In this document: positions 62,586 to 64,000 of the stretch, piece after piece | Position numbering within the stretch: the stretch's first letter is position 1 | Layout: each line of letters opens with the position of its first letter | From: Podarcis bocagei | Taxonomy: Eukaryota | Length of the DNA: 64,000 nucleotides | Reading direction: 5' to 3' (one strand) | Assembly (NCBI GenBank): GCA_964188305.1 | Contig: OZ076901.1 | Notes under the pieces: generated by a model | Database searches by the model: none | What the model saw: only the letters and a program-made list of their open reading frames with translations | What the model was told of the DNA's origin: nothing | Translations under genes and position numbers: made by a program

Positions 62586-64000
62586 AAATATGGACCTGAT
62601 AGATATATGGAGAACAAGGAACCCTCTGGAGAGAGAGGGAACCTTTTTCTCTCAAGCGATGATGACCTGGACCAGAATTGACCAAATCTGGATTACTAGT
62701 GGTATGGCTCCAAAGATTAAGAAGGTGGAAATCTGCCCAAAAACTTGCTCCGACCATAACGCCGTGAGGATGGAGATGAAGCTTACTGTAGCTGGTCAAT
62801 TTAGATGGAGAATGAATGACACCCTCTTTCGAGATAAGGAGATCCACATGAAGGCCCAAAAAACATTAAAAGACTACTTTGAAATAAATTTGGGGGCCGA
62901 TGTGGAGAAAAGAGTGATCTGGGACGCAAGCAAAGCGGTGATGAGAGGTTTCTTGATTCAACAAAATTCAATAAAGAGGAAAAAACAAAATGAGAAAAAA
63001 GAAAAGATTTTGGAAAAGATAAAGGAAGGAGAGAAAAAACTAAGAATGAAACCAAACTCCCAGGAGATTTTAAGAGAGATTAAGTTACACCAAACACAAT
63101 ATATGGAACTGACGAATCAAGAGATGGAATGGAAGATAAAGCAAATGAAACAAAAGACATTTGAATCAGCAAATAAATGTGGGAAACTTCTGGCATGGCA
63201 ATTGAAGAAAAGGCAGAAACTAAATACAGTTACAAGCCTAGAAGTGGATGGAAAGAATATTTCAAGACCTAATGAAATTAGAAATTGCTTTTTGAGCTAT
63301 TTTAAAAAGCTTTATACTCAAGGTCCACAAAATGAAGAAGACATAGATAAATTCCTTGATAAATATGGATTACAAAAAATCTCTCAGCAAAGTAAGATGG
63401 ATCTGAACCAGAGAATATCAGAACAAGAGATAGAGGCTGCCATTCAGAATATGCAACTGGGCAAATCTCCAGGACCAGATGGTTTGACTTCTAGATACTA
63501 CAAATCACTGAAGGAATGGTTGATTCAACCACTAAAGGAAGTCTGCAACGAGATTCTTGAGGGAAAAAGGGCTCCGGAGTCGTGGAAAGAAGCATATATT
63601 TCACTCATACCAAAGTCAGAGACTGAAAAGACTCAACTTAAAAACTACCGCCCAATATCACTACTCAATGTGGATTACAAAATTTTTGCAGACATTTTGG
63701 CAAAAAGATTTAAAAGAGTTTTGATGGAGAAGATACATAAGGACCAAGCAGGCTTTCTCCCCAAAAGACACCTGGCAGACAATGTAAGGAATGTAATAGA
63801 CATTTTGGAAAAGCTAGAGGTGAATATAAACACCAAAGCAGTATTGATTTTTGTGGATGCAGAGAAAGCCTTTGACAATATCTCTTGGAGTTTTATGATA
63901 AAGAATCTTCATGGGATGGGGGTAGGTCAAGGTTTTGAGAATGGTATGGCTGCAATATATTCTGAACAAAGAGCTAAACTGATTGTGAACAATGTAGTGA
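62586..64000 (+). mobile_element. 5'-truncated L1 ORF2 (EN C-half to RT), runs off window; in RBM7 intron 1, antisense to the gene
   Basis: Frame from 62590: MDLIDIWR...RIDQIW...SDHNAV...GKSPGPDG...NYRPISLLNVDYK...DQAGF...DAEKAFD. Absent from the ORF track because it has no stop in the window. Confidence 0.93.

Overview
Vertebrate genomic DNA, almost certainly from a squamate and probably a lacertid lizard (Sauria SINEs, RTE-BovB, lizard-type L2/CR1/hAT/Tc1-mariner repeats). The gene order matches the RBM7-REXO2-NXPE block of human 11q23. It contains (1) a complete 5-coding-exon NXPE-family gene on + (27181-33223, 566 aa), (2) a second, divergent but intact copy of only the last two NXPE exons (39044-41343), (3) a complete 7-exon REXO2 on - (42157-51780, 241 aa), and (4) exons 2-5 of RBM7 on - (exon 1 lies beyond the window). 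Mobile DNA includes a full-length 6.6 kb L1 with a 17-bp TSD and both ORFs open, a 1.85 kb single-ORF L1-like element without RT and with an 18-bp TSD, a second L1 running off the right end, solo LTRs, and many SINEs and MITEs. The main candidate novelty is the NXPE architecture: one set of N-terminal exons followed by two phase-compatible catalytic exon pairs, which could give two or three SGNH-type enzymes by alternative 3' splicing. All coordinates, exon boundaries and identities were derived by hand; no database search was possible.
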